Part shown: positions 1 through 13,359 of the stretch, piece by piece
Position numbering within the stretch: position 1 is the stretch's first letter
How the letters are laid out: each line of letters begins with the position of its first letter
Assembly (NCBI RefSeq): GCF_006345805.1
Contig: NC_042998.1
Coordinates: 100,626,001 to 100,690,000 of the forward strand
DNA length: 64,000 nucleotides
Reading direction: 5' to 3'
Source of the DNA: Octopus sinensis
Taxonomy: Eukaryota
Notes under the pieces: generated by a model
Databases searched by the model: none
What the model saw: the letters and a program-made list of their open reading frames with translations, nothing else
Told to the model about the DNA's origin: nothing
Program-made: the position numbers and the translations under genes

Positions 1-19
1 GTTGTACCAATCCCCTGAT

Positions 20-905
20 GCAACACAATCCTGACAACTGATCAAACCTCTCTGACATTTTCTTCTGAACAGAGTCACCCTTGGGATGTGCAATGACAAA
101 AATTTCCATGTCTTCATATTCACACTTATCAGTTCATTCTTTTACTAGTTTATGATTCCAGCTCCATACCTAAGTGATGCTATCATCCATGCATTTACTG
201 CTTGTAATTTATTCCATCTAGTGAATTTGAAGAGCAACACCAATCATAGTCTTTGGAAATACTCTTTCTTCTGCTGTTTTTTCATTTCCTTCCCCATGAT
301 TTCAATGAACTCTAGTATGCCAAGGTGCTTATAGCCTTCCTTTTTAAATTATTTAAAATAAATAACCCAACGAGTTATGTGGGCATGTGTTTTATTTTTA
401 ATCATCAGAAGTTACAAATTGTTTAAAGAATCAAGTTTCGTGCACAGCACTTATTGAAGTTCTATGTGAATGTGTATGTTTGTTTGATTACTGCCCTGTT
501 TGGTAATTCTATCCATGCCAAGGTTTGTACTTTGCCTCTTTTCAGACTCATTACACCACACTTCTTGAGTCCAAATTCCATGCTAACATCAACACTAAAA
601 CTGTGGATTGTGTTCAAAGAACTCACTTGCACCTCATCCTTACCATACAGCTGCACATCATCCATGAAGAGAAGACGGTGGATTCTTTGTTTCTCCCTTG
701 AACTGATATTCAAGGTTTGTTTTCCTCAGCACCAAGGTCAGAGGGAGCATGCAAGGTACAAAAGCATTGAAGATAAGCTATCTCTTTGGAAAATTCCTCT
801 CTTGAGCCTATATGATGTCACCTTAGTTTCCCAACTCTTCATAATTCTCTTCAGAAAACATGTTACATTTCTTGCAAATCCAAACATATCTAAGCACTCA
901 ATGAT
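20..905 (-). mobile_element. Degenerate non-LTR retrotransposon RT fragment (R4/Dong/NeSL-like)
   Basis: ORFs 738..947 and 462..713 give LKRGIFQRDSLS (from GIFQGDSLS) and HRLLFMDDVQLYGK...MEFGLKKC. Downstream on the minus strand reads YKHLGILE...KEYFQRL. Frameshifted. Confidence 0.75.
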
Positions 906-1517
906 CCGTGAATATGTGTTTGTGTGCATGTGATTGTCTCTAACCATTTGACAACTAGTATTAGTTTGCTTGCCTATAACTTAGCAGTTTGATAAAAAGA
1001 GATCAGTAGAACAGGTACCACACTTAGAATAAGTACTGAGATCAGTTTGATTGGTGCACATGAAAATTATTTATGTGAGACCATCTGAGGGAAAAAAAAT
1101 TAAGGAATGGTTTAGTTGTATTTTTGCTCCCCATGAACAACACTTCCTCAAGCCATGCTCTCCCAAATTAGATTTTCATTGTTGATTGTGGTGTGTAAAC
1201 TCAATGACAATTAACATATTTTTGCAAGCTATCAAAACATCATTTAATCCCAATATATGCTCTGAAACTTATCTTATACCAAATGTTGAGGTGGGATTAC
1301 ACAGCTGGAGTGAACTTGAAACCATGAGGTTGGGAAGAAAACTTCTTAACCACACAATCAATAACCATGCTTATATATATTTATATATATATATATGTTA
1401 GAAGTATGGAGGGCTGGTTTATGGGATTACCTCGGGTTTCCATAAAGGGATCAGCTTTATGGCATATTGTCAGAGCCCCAAAACCTGTTGGCCTAAGACC
1501 CTTTCAATATATATATA

Positions 1518-1827
1518 GGCGCAGGAGTGGCTGTGTGGTAAGTAGCTTGCTTACCAACCAAATGGTTCCAGGTTCAGTCCCACTGCATGGCACCTTGGGC
1601 AAATGTTTTCTACTATAGCCTTGGGGCCGACCAAAGTCTTGTGAGTGAATTTGGTAGATGGAAACTGAAAGAAGCCCATCATATATATGTATATGTATAT
1701 ATATGCATGCGTGTGTGTGCTTGTGTGTCTGTGTTTGTCCCCTCAAGATCGCTTGCCAACCGATGCTGGTGTGTTTATGTCCCCATAACTTAGCGGTTTG
1801 GCAAAAGAGACCGATAGAATAAGTACT
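1518..1827 (+). mobile_element. tRNA-derived SINE, family A
   Basis: Head GGCGCAGGAGTGGCTGTGTGGTAAG...GGTTCAGTCCC (A/B-box-like), an internal (TA/TG)n tract and a conserved body. The same family recurs at 30812, 57086, 60197 and elsewhere. Confidence 0.85.
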
Positions 1828-4800
1828 CTTCGCAGAATGAGGAACAGTGAACTGTCCGTCACCTGCGCAACACTGCTTCAATGGCCCGTTCACGTTCTTT
1901 GCTGAACGAGGAACAGCAAACTGTTCATCGCCTGTGCAATGCTGCTTCAAAGGCCTGTTCACACTCTTCGCAGAAAGAGGAACAGTGAACTGTCTGTCGC
2001 CTGTGCAATACTGCTTCAATGGACCGTTCGCGATCTTCGGAGAATGAAGAACAGCAGACTGCCTGCCACATGCATGACACTGTTTCGATGGCAAGTTCAT
2101 GCTTCTCACAAAATGAAGACCATCACCAAAGTATGCTTACCTGTAACCTTCATAGAGCAGCTGACAGGCTAGGACTTCAACGGCCCTCAAGTAAGTTTTG
2201 GTCATCAAAAGCTCTCACTTACAATCCCAGTTGTGGTCTATGGCCCTTGTAGGCCTGCCTACACAAGGAAAGATTACTTGATAAATGGTGTATGCTCTAA
2301 GAATTATCTCAAAAAATTTGTGTTCCAGACTCAAACTGTTCAAGACGGGTACCCACTGTATGGGTGTAGGAAGCCATGTGATGGAGGCTTAAACTTAACC
2401 ATAGGGAAATTTGAAGTTGACAATAGAGAGATAGTACCTTACTATTCGCTTCTTTTAAAGATATTTAAAGCGAATATTAACATTGAATTTTGCAATTCCA
2501 TCAAGTCAATCAAATGTGTCTGCAAATACGTTAACAAAGGGTTCAATGCCGTCATGTTTGGCCTCCAAGGCATCAACCAACACGATAAAGTAATGCAATG
2601 CCAGGCTGCATGGTACATAAGCAGCAATGAAACATTTTGGTGTATTTTTGGTTTTCCAATACACGAAAGGTATCCTGCTGTTCACCTGCTGTTCATCTGA
2701 AAAACAGCCAAAGAGTGTATTTTCTTTTTCTTTATTGCCCACAAGGAGCTAAACATAGAGGGGACAAACAAGGACAGACAAAGGGATTAAGTTGATTACA
2801 TCGACCCCAATGCATAACTGGTACTTAATTTATCGACCCTGAAAAGATGAAAGGCAAAGTGGCCCTCGGTGGAATTTGAACTCAGAATGTAACAGCAGAT
2901 GAAATACCGATAAGCATTTCGCCTGGCATGCTAATGTTTCTGCCCAGGTAGCACAGGCTCCATCAGATACTATGCTTACTGTGTTTTTTAAACTTTATCA
3001 GGTTGATCCCTTTGCACGGACACTCCTTTACCCACAAGTTCTATCCTACAACATCTGGAACAACAAAACGTGGAGGAGAAGGAAGACAGGTAAAACTGTT
3101 GAAGGGCATGAAGGCATTAAGTTCAATGATTGCCTTGGGTGTGTTTATACAGTGCACCCAAATCAGACTGAGTGCTTTCATCTCTGTCTTCTACACAAAG
3201 TAAAAGGCCCAACTTGCTTTTGGGATTTAAGAACTGTGGATGAAGACGTTTTTGTAGCATACAAGGAGGCATGACAACAGCTCGAACTTCTTGAAGATGA
3301 CAGGCAGTGGCAAGCCTGCTTATCAGAGGCTTGTGTATCCAAATCGCCTGGAAGACTGAGAACACTTTTTGCTGTTATACTGCACAATTGTGTATCCAGT
3401 AGTCCATATTCTTAGTGGCTTCAGTTTAGGAAAGACCTGTCTGAGAACTGTAGGCGAGCCACTCAGCTTCGATTCCCTACTTTAAGCATAGGTTTTGCTG
3501 ATACAATATACAACCTAGTGCTGACTGAGATTGAAAACAAGACTTTAGCTTTATGCAGTGATGTAATGACCACTTATGGGCTTCCCCCGGCTGCAAGGCC
3601 TACTTCAAATGATTTCCCTTCTGAGATTGTTTGGGAAACATCTTATGACATTACAGAACTATATGCATATGTACAGATCAATGAGGCACTCCTGCTACCT
3701 GACCAGAAGCATGCCTACGACGCTATCGTTCAGCAAGTCCAGGGTCGTAAAGGTGGCATTTTCTTTCTTAACACTCCTGGCAGGACGGGCAAAGCATTCG
3801 TAACTAGACTCATTCTTGCAAAAGTAGGGCTACAAAAGTGCATCGCAATGGCTGTGGAAACTTCGGACATAGCTGCTATTCTTCTCCCTGGTGGTAGGAC
3901 TGCACACTCCACGTTTAAGCTTCCCCTTAACCTCACAAGTTCACCAACGCCTGTTTGCAACATTTCAAAGATGTTGGACAATGGGCAATTGCTCACACAA
4001 TGCCGTCTGATTGTTTGGGATGAATGCACAATGGCTCACAAGGGTACCCTTGAGGCATTAGACAGAACTTTGCAAGACATAAAAGAAAGCCACAAACCGA
4101 TGGAAGGAGGGTGTCACTGTCTTGCTATCTGGGGACTTTAGATAAACCTTGCCAGTGATTCCAAAAGGCACAAGGGTGGATGAAGTAATGGCGTGTCTTA
4201 AGTCTTCATCTCTATGGGGTTTTGTTGCTACTTTAAAGTTAGAATCCAACACGAGCGCACCCATTGTCAGAACATTTTGTGTGGGACATTCTCCTTCTTG
4301 GCAATGGTGAAGTTCCAGAAGACAGAAATGAAGATGTTGACATAAGTAGCATTTGCACAAGAGCCAGTACTATCCAGAGACTTCAGGACCAGGTCTTCCC
4401 AGGCCTAGAAGTCCACAACAGAGATCTAGACTGGCTTTGCCTAAGAGCCATTTTGGCTCCTAAAAACGTTGCAGTCAGTGCAATCAACAACAGCCACTTA
4501 CTGTGTTTGCCTGGGGACGTGACAGTCTATAATTCAGTAGACACCATTCCCAACCAGGATGAGCTAGTTGATTATCCCACTGAATTTTTGAATTCCTTGG
4601 AGCCTTCAGGTGTAGCTCCATATATTCTTACTCTTAAAGTAGGTAGCCCTGTTATGCTAATAAGGAATTTAAATCCACCGACGTTGTGTAACGGTACATG
4701 CCTTGTTATCACAAAATTACTTTCCAATGTCATTGAAGCAACGATTATGACCGTCAGTGGTAACGGTCAAGACATCTTCATACCGCGAATTCCCCTTGTG

Positions 4801-5285
4801 CCTTTGGCTGCTGACTTACTGTTCACATTCCACAGAGTGCAGTTTCTGATTAGACTCAGTTACACCATGTCCATTAATAAGTCCCAGGGGCAGTCGCTGT
4901 CGGTTGTTGGACCTTACTTAGCCGAACCATGCTTTTCACACAGTCAACTGTATGTTGGCTGCTCAAGAGTGGATTGTAGGAACAGTTCACATGCCTTCAT
5001 CCCCAGTGGGAAAACTAAAAATGTTGTTTATAAGGAAGTTTTGTAGACTTGCCGTACTGGTGACATATTTCAGTCCTATATTATTACTGTTATAATTTCT
5101 GTTGCTTTATTTTTTCACTTGTATCTTGTCGTAATATTACACGTGCGGTTCCCTTTAGAGTTACTTAGGTGTTCGTCTTGCCATAAAGCGTGAAAGGTGT
5201 TTAAGGGAAGGGATATTAATCGGTTTATTAGTTTCAAAGCCTTTTTGAACTAATGAACCTTGGCAATGCTGGGTACACCTGCTAG
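1828..5285 (+). mobile_element. Decayed autonomous Helitron (Rep/PIF1 helicase pseudogene)
   Basis: Rep motifs in 2233..2700 (DGYPLY, VDNREIVPY, NINIEFC, KYVNKG). PIF1 motifs in 3518..5046 (GRTGK, GGRTAHSTFK, WDEC, LKVGSPVMLIRNL, TMSINKSQGQSL). N-terminal 66-bp repeats at 1828-2130. 3' end CCTTGGCAATGCTGGG (decayed hairpin) followed by CTAG at 5282-5285, then T. Many stops and frameshifts. Confidence 0.92.
2733..2945 (-). mobile_element. tRNA-derived SINE, family B, inserted in the Helitron
   Basis: Reverse complement of GGCAGAAACATTAGC...GAGTTCAAATTCC...GGTCGATAAATTAAGTACCAG. Interrupts the Helitron reading frame. Confidence 0.85.
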
Positions 5286-5313
5286 TATATATATATATTT
5301 ATTATATAGAAGG

Positions 5314-5364
5314 AGCTTCTACAGGACTAGAACTGTTTCATTCAAAAGAAATCATCAGGAAGCT
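5314..5364 (-). ncRNA. Type I hammerhead ribozyme in the PLE 3' pLTR
   Basis: Minus strand reads AGCTTC-CTGATGA-TTTCTTTTGAAT-GAAA-CAG TTCTAGTC CTG-TA-GAAGCT. Core intact; stem I AGCTTC/GAAGCT; stem III ACAG/CTGT. Confidence 0.88.
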
Positions 5365-5579
5365 AGTAGACAAGAGTTGTTTTGGCATTTATACATTTAG
5401 GCAGGTTTAAATGGGTGGTGGTGGGGGACTTTTTTGGGGGTAGGCATGGCGCAAAACTGTCATTATTAGGGGAGTGGTCAAAGGAAACAGTGGTAAAGTA
5501 GATAAAAGAATAAATAAAAGAATAAAAAAATAAATAGAAAAATAGAGTTTTAGGTAAGTAAGGAGACTCTCACTTGTAC

Positions 5580-6496
5580 ATCTACATATATATATATACA
5601 CATATCTACACCCACATATTCACATATATCTATACATATACATACATACCCACATATACATACATATATATATATACATACATACACATACATATACATA
5701 TATACATATATATACACGTACCCATGTACGTACACACAAATACACATATACATACATATATATACATATATGTATACACACTCGCACATATATATACATA
5801 CACACATATATATACATATGCATATACATGCACACACATACACACACATTTTTATTTCCTTATTTTAATTTTATTACTACTACTACTTTTGTTTATATCT
5901 TTATTTTTATCTTGATCGGTCAGCCGGTCTCAAGGGATGATCTAAAGATTCCGTTTATCTATCTACTCACTGATACGGACGCAAACACTCACTCACGCCC
6001 ACACACTCACACGTACACACATACTCATACGCACACGCATACACATACATACCTCAATACACCCACAGAAGACTAGTCCATACATATACACTGATTAATA
6101 TATATACACATATACATATACACATACATACACATACATACATATACATACACATATACATATATATATACATATATATACATATACATATACATACACA
6201 TATACATTCATACATATATACACATACACACATATAAAGGGTAAAGACCCCCTTCGGTCATGAATGACCATGGGATTGCACCTAGAAAGTTACCCTCCTA
6301 GACACAAGTCCGGGCAAAGTTGTTTATGGAAGACCAGCAGTCGCCCATGCATACCAGCCTCCCATCTCCACGCCACCAGTGTTATCCAAGGGAAAGACAA
6401 AGGTCGATACAGCTTGGCACCAGTGACGTCGCAACTCATTTCTACAGTTGAGTGAACTGGAGCAACGTGAAATAAAGTGCCTTGCTCAAGAACACA

Positions 6497-6539
<43 letters not shown>

Positions 6540-6891
6540 TACACATACACACACACACACGCGCATCTATATATACACATAAGTACATACATGCATAAAT
6601 GTATACATATGTCTATACATATGCATACACATCCACACACACACACGCCTCCTTATGTTCATAAATACATACATGCATACTGGCATATACATATATACAT
6701 ACATGCATACTCAAATAATAATAATAATAATAATAATAAATATATATACGTGCAGTTACCCATTATACAGACGGATACATACATAAAAACATACCCATAT
6801 ATACCTATTTACACATATGTATATATACATACATACATACACACATAACTCTACATACCTACATATACATAAACACACAAGCGTACACATA

Positions 6892-6930
<39 letters not shown>

Positions 6931-7415
6931 CTATATACATATACATATATACATATATACACACACATACACACACATATATATATACATTTACACACAC
7001 ATTTTTTTACACATATATATATATATACACATACACATACACATACATATATACATATATATATATATATGTGTGTATATATACACATATATATATATAT
7101 ATATACACACAAGCACATACATGCATAAATGTATACATATGTTTATACAAATACATACACATACACACACTCACGCGCCTCCTTATATACATAAATACAT
7201 ACATGTATACAAACGCATACTCATGTAATAAATAATGAATAATAAATAATAATAATAAATAATAGATATATATACACATGCAGTTACCCTTTGTACAGGC
7301 GGAAACAACATATAAGCATACACGTATATACCTATCTACACATATGCATATATGCATACATACATGCACATACACATAACTCTACATACTTACATATACA
7401 TGAACACACGAGCGT

Positions 7416-7482
<67 letters not shown>

Positions 7483-7750
7483 CACATACATACACATACA
7501 TACACACATATATACACATATATATATACATATACATACATACACATACCTACACATACACATACATACATATATATATATATATATAAATATATAAAAA
7601 ATATAAAAAAACCACACACATACACATACACATGTACATACACATACACATACATATACACGCACTCACATACATGCGTATATTCCTACTAACACCCATT
7701 CATTTCTATACATATATACAATACATATATACAAGTGTACATATACAATC
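5580..7750. repeat. Long compound (CATA/TA/CA)n microsatellite region inside the PLE 3' UTR, including a SINE fragment (about 6236-6500, minus)
   Basis: Low-complexity tracts read directly. The ORFs here are YIYI/HTHT artefacts. Confidence 0.9.
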
Positions 7751-7831
7751 TGTGAATAGTCTTAGGAGGAAAGTTAATCGGGGGTGCTGGGGGAACGGTG
7801 GGGTTGGGGGGTTTTTGTGGGTGGGGTGTCG

Positions 7832-9890
7832 TCAATCGGGTTGCCGGGTGGGTCTATAGTTCTTGTAGTTTGCATAAATTTTATGCATGCAATTTGGGGA
7901 GTGTTCTGAGATCTTGTTGAGGAGATGGCCTTTGGTGAACAAGATCTCTAGGCTCTCGGAAATGCAAAGGTCACAGCAGGTATGGCCTCCTGTGTACGAA
8001 CGCGCCTTCTGTAGTAGTCTCCACTTGGTCTTGAAGGGGATGGAGTTCCTTTTAAGGTACCAGATGTGGGCGGCGAGGGTAGTTTGGTTGGATTTATCAG
8101 GTCGCCGGAACAAGTGTGTGTGGGCGTACCAGCGGGTCTTAAAGCTGTTTGACGTCATTCCGATGTACGATTTTCTTTTATCATCGGGGCCTGATCGTAC
8201 CTCGCATGTGTAGACGAGGTCCCTCTGTAGGCAGTTGTTGTTGGGGGGGCAGGTGGTTTTATCAGGGCAGTTGCAATTGCTATCGGATGTTGGATGGGCC
8301 TCAGAAAGAGTAGATATATTAAGTTTTTTCACGTTGTTGTTGGCTAGGTTCCTGGCTAGATTGGGCGTGGTAGAGTAGGAGAGTCTAATGGTGTTCTTAT
8401 TTAGGATAGTATAGTACTTATGTTGGGTGGGGAAGTGTTTCTGTAGGAGAGTGAAGAAGATTTTAGCTACAGGTGTAGCGACCTCACGGTTGAAGGGGGG
8501 GTTGTACCAGCTAATGTGTCTTCGCCTATTTTTCCTGGGTTGGCGTGGGGCTATACTAGTATAGGTGATCTTATCTTTAAAGCCACTGCGGGCCAGGGCC
8601 TCGTTGTAATAGGGGGCTGCGGCATTAAAGATATCTTCAGTAGCGGACAGGCTAGATATTCTAATTGAGACACTTTTTACTAGGTTGTCTCATATATTTT
8701 TGGGGTGGTTGAAATTAATGTCTATATATCTAAGGGATTCATTTGGTTTGTGGTACGGGTAATAAAGTGAGGTTTTTAAGTCGAGGGTGACGTCAAGGAA
8801 GTTAGCTTTGGTTAAGTTGGATTCTAAGGTAATCCTAAGGCCTAAGTTTTTAAGAAAAGTGTAAAGATTTTTCCGGAACCCATCCGTGGTCCTGGGGTTT
8901 ATTTTGCGGAGGGCAAAAAGGCCATCATCGCGGTAAAGACCACCGGAGAGGCCTCTGAATAGGGTCTTCAGCCTATGGAGGATGAAAAGGCCCACAAGGT
9001 CACTTATTTCAGCTGAGTCGCTAGCACCCATGCTGACGTCGAAGGGGGTCACAGATTTTTTGTTGATCCAGTGGGATCCGTCATGGAAAAGAAAAGTCTT
9101 ACGTGCGTGGAGGATCACATCTTGCTCGGCCTCGGTGATGGTGGAGGACTTCCTAGCGAAGTTAATTGCGTCGATCAGCAAGCTCTCCGATATGGAGGCG
9201 TAGTAGTCTTCGATATCTAATTGTAGGAATCGGGTGTTGCTTTTGTCAGGTAAATCCTGGAACCAGGTTATTGCCTCAGAGGTCCTATTCCAGAGTGGAA
9301 GGGGTGAAGCTTCACGCATTTTTGGTAAAATCCTGTCCAGGATCTTCTTGCTGACGGATCCGATGTCAGACTTGGTCGGGTTAATTAGTCGGACCGACGG
9401 TTTATTTTCGAAATTATCCTTTCCCGGCTAAGTTGGTTTCAGTTAACGCTGTGTCGTCGACTTTTTTGTACTTAGCTGTGATGGCGTTATCAGCTAGTCT
9501 GTTGTAGGTATCCGGAGTCACCGCGTAAATATTTTTTGTCTTGTCCGAAGGGACATGGAGGTGCGGGGAGCTTTTCATTTTCGAAAGTTTCTCATTCAGT
9601 TCCGTTTGGAAAGGTAGGTTGACTCTCCTGAATTTGATGTTTTTTATCATGAGGAAGAGGTCTTCTTCAAACGGTTCAAGTAGGCTGTTGGTAGGAGGGG
9701 CCTTATTTGATTTGAAGCCATACTTATCATTATTGGTAGATGCTACATCAGGGTGGTCGAAGAAGAACGATCTCCATCGGATTCTTTTGATGAACTCATC
9801 AGTCCGTCTAATAAGGGCTTTTTGGTACTGTTTCCTTGGTGGGATAGTAATGTTCTTCAGGGAAGTGTTGAGGTCGATTCTTGTCAGCAT
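7832..9890 (-). pseudogene. Penelope RT/GIY-YIG endonuclease ORF, frameshifted
   Basis: Three consecutive minus-strand ORF segments carry PLE RT motifs, a Cys-rich linker and a GIY-YIG domain. Frameshifts near 9420 and 8690. Confidence 0.9.
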
Positions 9891-10118
9891 ATTTTCTTGG
9901 TGATGGTTATAAGGGCACTGGGGTGTGCTAGGATATGTAGGTCTCGGGTTGAGTCGGGGTTAACCACAGTAAATAAGGTACTCTACTTTACCACCGATTC
10001 CTTTGACCACTCCCCTAATAATGACAGTTTTGCGCCATGCCTACCCCCAAAAAAGTCCCCCACCCCACCCATTTAAACCTGCCTAAATGTATAAATGCCA
10101 AAACAACTCTTGTCTACT

Positions 10119-10169
10119 AGCTTCCTGATGATTTCTTTTGAATGAAACAGTTCTAGTCCTGTAGAAGCT
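10119..10169 (+). ncRNA. Type I hammerhead ribozyme in the inverted PLE pLTR
   Basis: AGCTTC (10119), CTGATGA (10125-10131), TTTCTTTTGAAT, GAAA (10144-10147), CAG..CTG, TA (10162-10163), GAAGCT. Predicted cleavage after 10163. Confidence 0.88.
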
Positions 10170-10251
10170 CCTTCTATATAATAAATTAATTTACTCTGCT
10201 ATGTATTGAGTACCTTATTTAATGTGGTTAACCCCGACTCAACCCGGGACC

Positions 10252-10387
<136 letters not shown>

Positions 10388-10493
10388 GTAGACATACACA
10401 CACACACATATGTATATAACCACTGGAGGACTACTGCACTTACACAATATATAGACATACACACACATATATATATATATTTATATATATATA

Positions 10494-10995
10494 CTAACAG
10501 TATCGCCCGGCGTTGCTCGGGTTTGTAAGGGAAATAACTATATAAGCATTTTTAGAGAGTTACCTCCCTTATAAATTCGGGCTTTCTTAGCCATTTTTGT
10601 TTTGATGTCTTCAAGCCATGAAGTCATTGATCTAAAAGAACGCTGGTTTCCTTCACAACGCATTACGACGTTGATTTCTTTACACTCCCTTCCCCACAGC
10701 TTCACGAGGGAGGGAAGGGGGAGAAGCAAACAGGTGCAGCTGTGAGCGTGGACGCCAACTCCGCCGACATCGACATACGATGCATTTTATGCATTAAAAT
10801 GGAATAAAAAATGATGTTAAATTATTTTTAAAATCGTAGACTCATCGTTGACGCGCGCTAATAGTCAGACGGGCTCGATATGTATCACGACTATAAGATA
10901 CCCGAATTTGGTTAAACTGCACCGCAAAATGTGGGAGGAGTTAGGAATCTAAATTGAAGGGGACAGACACTCACACAACTAGAGTTTTATATATA
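10494..10995 (-). mobile_element. Non-autonomous Helitron, family A, copy 1
   Basis: Minus-strand 3' end CCCGAGCAACGCCGGG-CGATACTG-TTAG (decayed CTAG). Body shared with the copies at 13615 and 15335. The 5' end merges into (TA)n. Confidence 0.8.
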
Positions 10996-11019
10996 TATAT
11001 ATATAATATATATATATAT

Positions 11020-11075
<56 letters not shown>

Positions 11076-11076
11076 G

Positions 11077-11108
<32 letters not shown>

Positions 11109-11117
11109 CGTATATAT

Positions 11118-11200
<83 letters not shown>

Positions 11201-11252
11201 TACATATATATATGTATATATATATATATTAATATATATATATATATATATA

Positions 11253-11281
<29 letters not shown>

Positions 11282-11285
<4 letters not shown>

Positions 11286-13314
11286 TCATCATCATCATCA
11301 TCATTTAGCGTCCGTTTTCCATGCTAGCATGGGTTGGACGGTTCTACTGGGGTCTGTGAAGCCAGAAGGCTTCATCAGGCCCAGTCAAATCTGGCAGTGT
11401 TTCTACGGCTGGATGCCCTTCCTAACGCCAACCACTCCGTGAGTGTAGTGGGTGCTTTTTACGTGCCACCCGCACTGGAGCCAGACAGAGCTGGCAAACG
11501 GCCACGAACGGATGGTGCTTTTTATGTGCCACCGGCACGAGGGCCAGGCGAGGCTGGCAACGGACACGAAACGGGGCGGTGCTGGCAACGGTCGCGAAAC
11601 GGAAAGTTCTCTTACATGCCACCGGCACTGGTAACACATCTGCAATTTCCATTGATCGATTTCCATTGATCGATTTCGATTCTGATCCTCACTTGCCTCA
11701 ATGGGTCTTCACAAGCAGAGTTTCGACATGCCACCGGCACTGGTAGCATATCCGCAATTTCCATTGATCGATTTCGATTCTGATCCTCACTTGCCTCAAC
11801 ACGTCTTCACAAGTAGAGTTTTGTGTCCCAAGAAGGGAAGGTATGCATACGTAGGCTGGCTCCATCCCATGTAGAAGGCCAGGTTGTGGACTCACTTGTC
11901 CTGCCGGGTCTTCTCGCGCACAGCACACTTCCAGAGGTCTCGGTCTCTAGTCATTTCCTCAGTGAGACCTAAAGTTCGAAGGTCGTGCTTCACCACCTCG
12001 TCCCAGGTTTTCCTGGGTCTGCCTCTTCCACAGGTTCCCTCAACCGCTAGGGTGTGGCACTTTTTCACACAACTATCTTCATCCATTCTCGCCACATGAC
12101 CATACCAGCGCAAACGTCTCTCTTGCACACCACAACTGATGCTTCTTAGGTCCAGCTTTTCTCTCAAGGTACTTACACTCTGCCGAGTGTGAGTACCGGC
12201 ATTACACATCCATCGGAGCATACTGGCTTCATTTCTAGCGAGCTTACGCATATCCTCAGCAGTCACGGCCCATGTTTCACTGCCATGTAGCATGGCTGTT
12301 CGTACACACGCATCATACAGTCTGCCTTTCACTCTGTGCGAGAGGTCTTTTGTCACCAGCAGAGGTAAGAGCTCTCTGAACTTTGCCCAAGCTATTCTTA
12401 CTCTAGCAGTTACACTTTCAGCACACCCGCCCCCGCTGCTGACTTGGTCACCTAGGTAACGGAAACTATCAACTATTTCTAGTTTTTCTCCCTGGAAAGT
12501 GACGGAAGTTGGTCTCAGAGCATTTTCAGTGTTGATTGTTCCTGAGCATCTGCCACATACAAAAACCATCTTCCTAGTTAGCCTTCCTTTGACATTGCTG
12601 CATCTCTTATGTGTCCATAGCTTACACTTGGTGCATCTTAAAGAGTTTCTACCTACACCTTTTCTACAGATCGAGCAGGGCCATCTACCTGAAGGTGTTT
12701 GTGATTTGTCTACCTTCCTACTGATTACGACTTTGGTTTTAGCTAGATTGACTCTGAGGCCCTTCGATTCTAATCCTTGTTTCCACACCTGAAACTTCTC
12801 CTCCAGTTCTGATAGCGACTCAGCAATTAGAGCAAGGTCATCAGCATAGAGGAGCTCCCAAGGGCATCCTGTCTTGAATTATCCGTTATTGCCTGGAGGA
12901 CTATGATAAATAGGAGGGGGCTGAGTACTGAGCCTTGGTGGACCCCTACCTCTACCCGGAATTCTTCACTGTACTCATTTCCAACCCTCACCCTACTAGC
13001 GGCGTCCCTATACATGGCCCGCACAGCTCTCACTAACCATTCATCTATCCCTAGTTTTCTCATTGCCCACCAGATAAGGGATCGGGGGACCCTGTCGAAG
13101 GCTTTCTCCATGTCAACAAAAGCCAGGTACAGGGGCTTATCTTTGGCTAGGTATTTCTCCTGCAGCTGCCTTACCAGGAATATAGCATCAGTAGTACTTT
13201 TCCCTGGCACAAACCCAAACTGCATCTCATCTAAACTAACTCTCTCTCTAATTAGTTGGGCTATGACCCTCTCCATAACCTTCATCACCTGGTCCAACAG
13301 CTTGATACCTCTGT
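11282..13314 (-). mobile_element. 5'-truncated RTE-clade LINE with (ATG)n tail
   Basis: RT motifs QFGFVPGKSTTDAIF, FVDMEKAFDRVPR and HQGSVLSPLLF; YADD lies in a shifted frame. ORF 11892..12788 has FRYLG, HGSETW, RLRWYGHV and RGRPRKTW. The 3' UTR ends in (CAT)n on the + strand at 11282-11303. Confidence 0.93.
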
Positions 13315-13315
13315 A

Positions 13316-13359
<44 letters not shown>

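Noticed and set aside
1504-2109. 201-aa minus-strand ORF with internal repeats
   Set aside because: It is the antisense of a SINE plus the Helitron N-terminal 66-bp repeats.
5407-7859. Many ORFs rich in YI/HT/CV dipeptides (also at 10199-11205, 13383, 18155 and 29717-30190)
   Set aside because: They are translations of TA/CA/CATA microsatellites, not genes.
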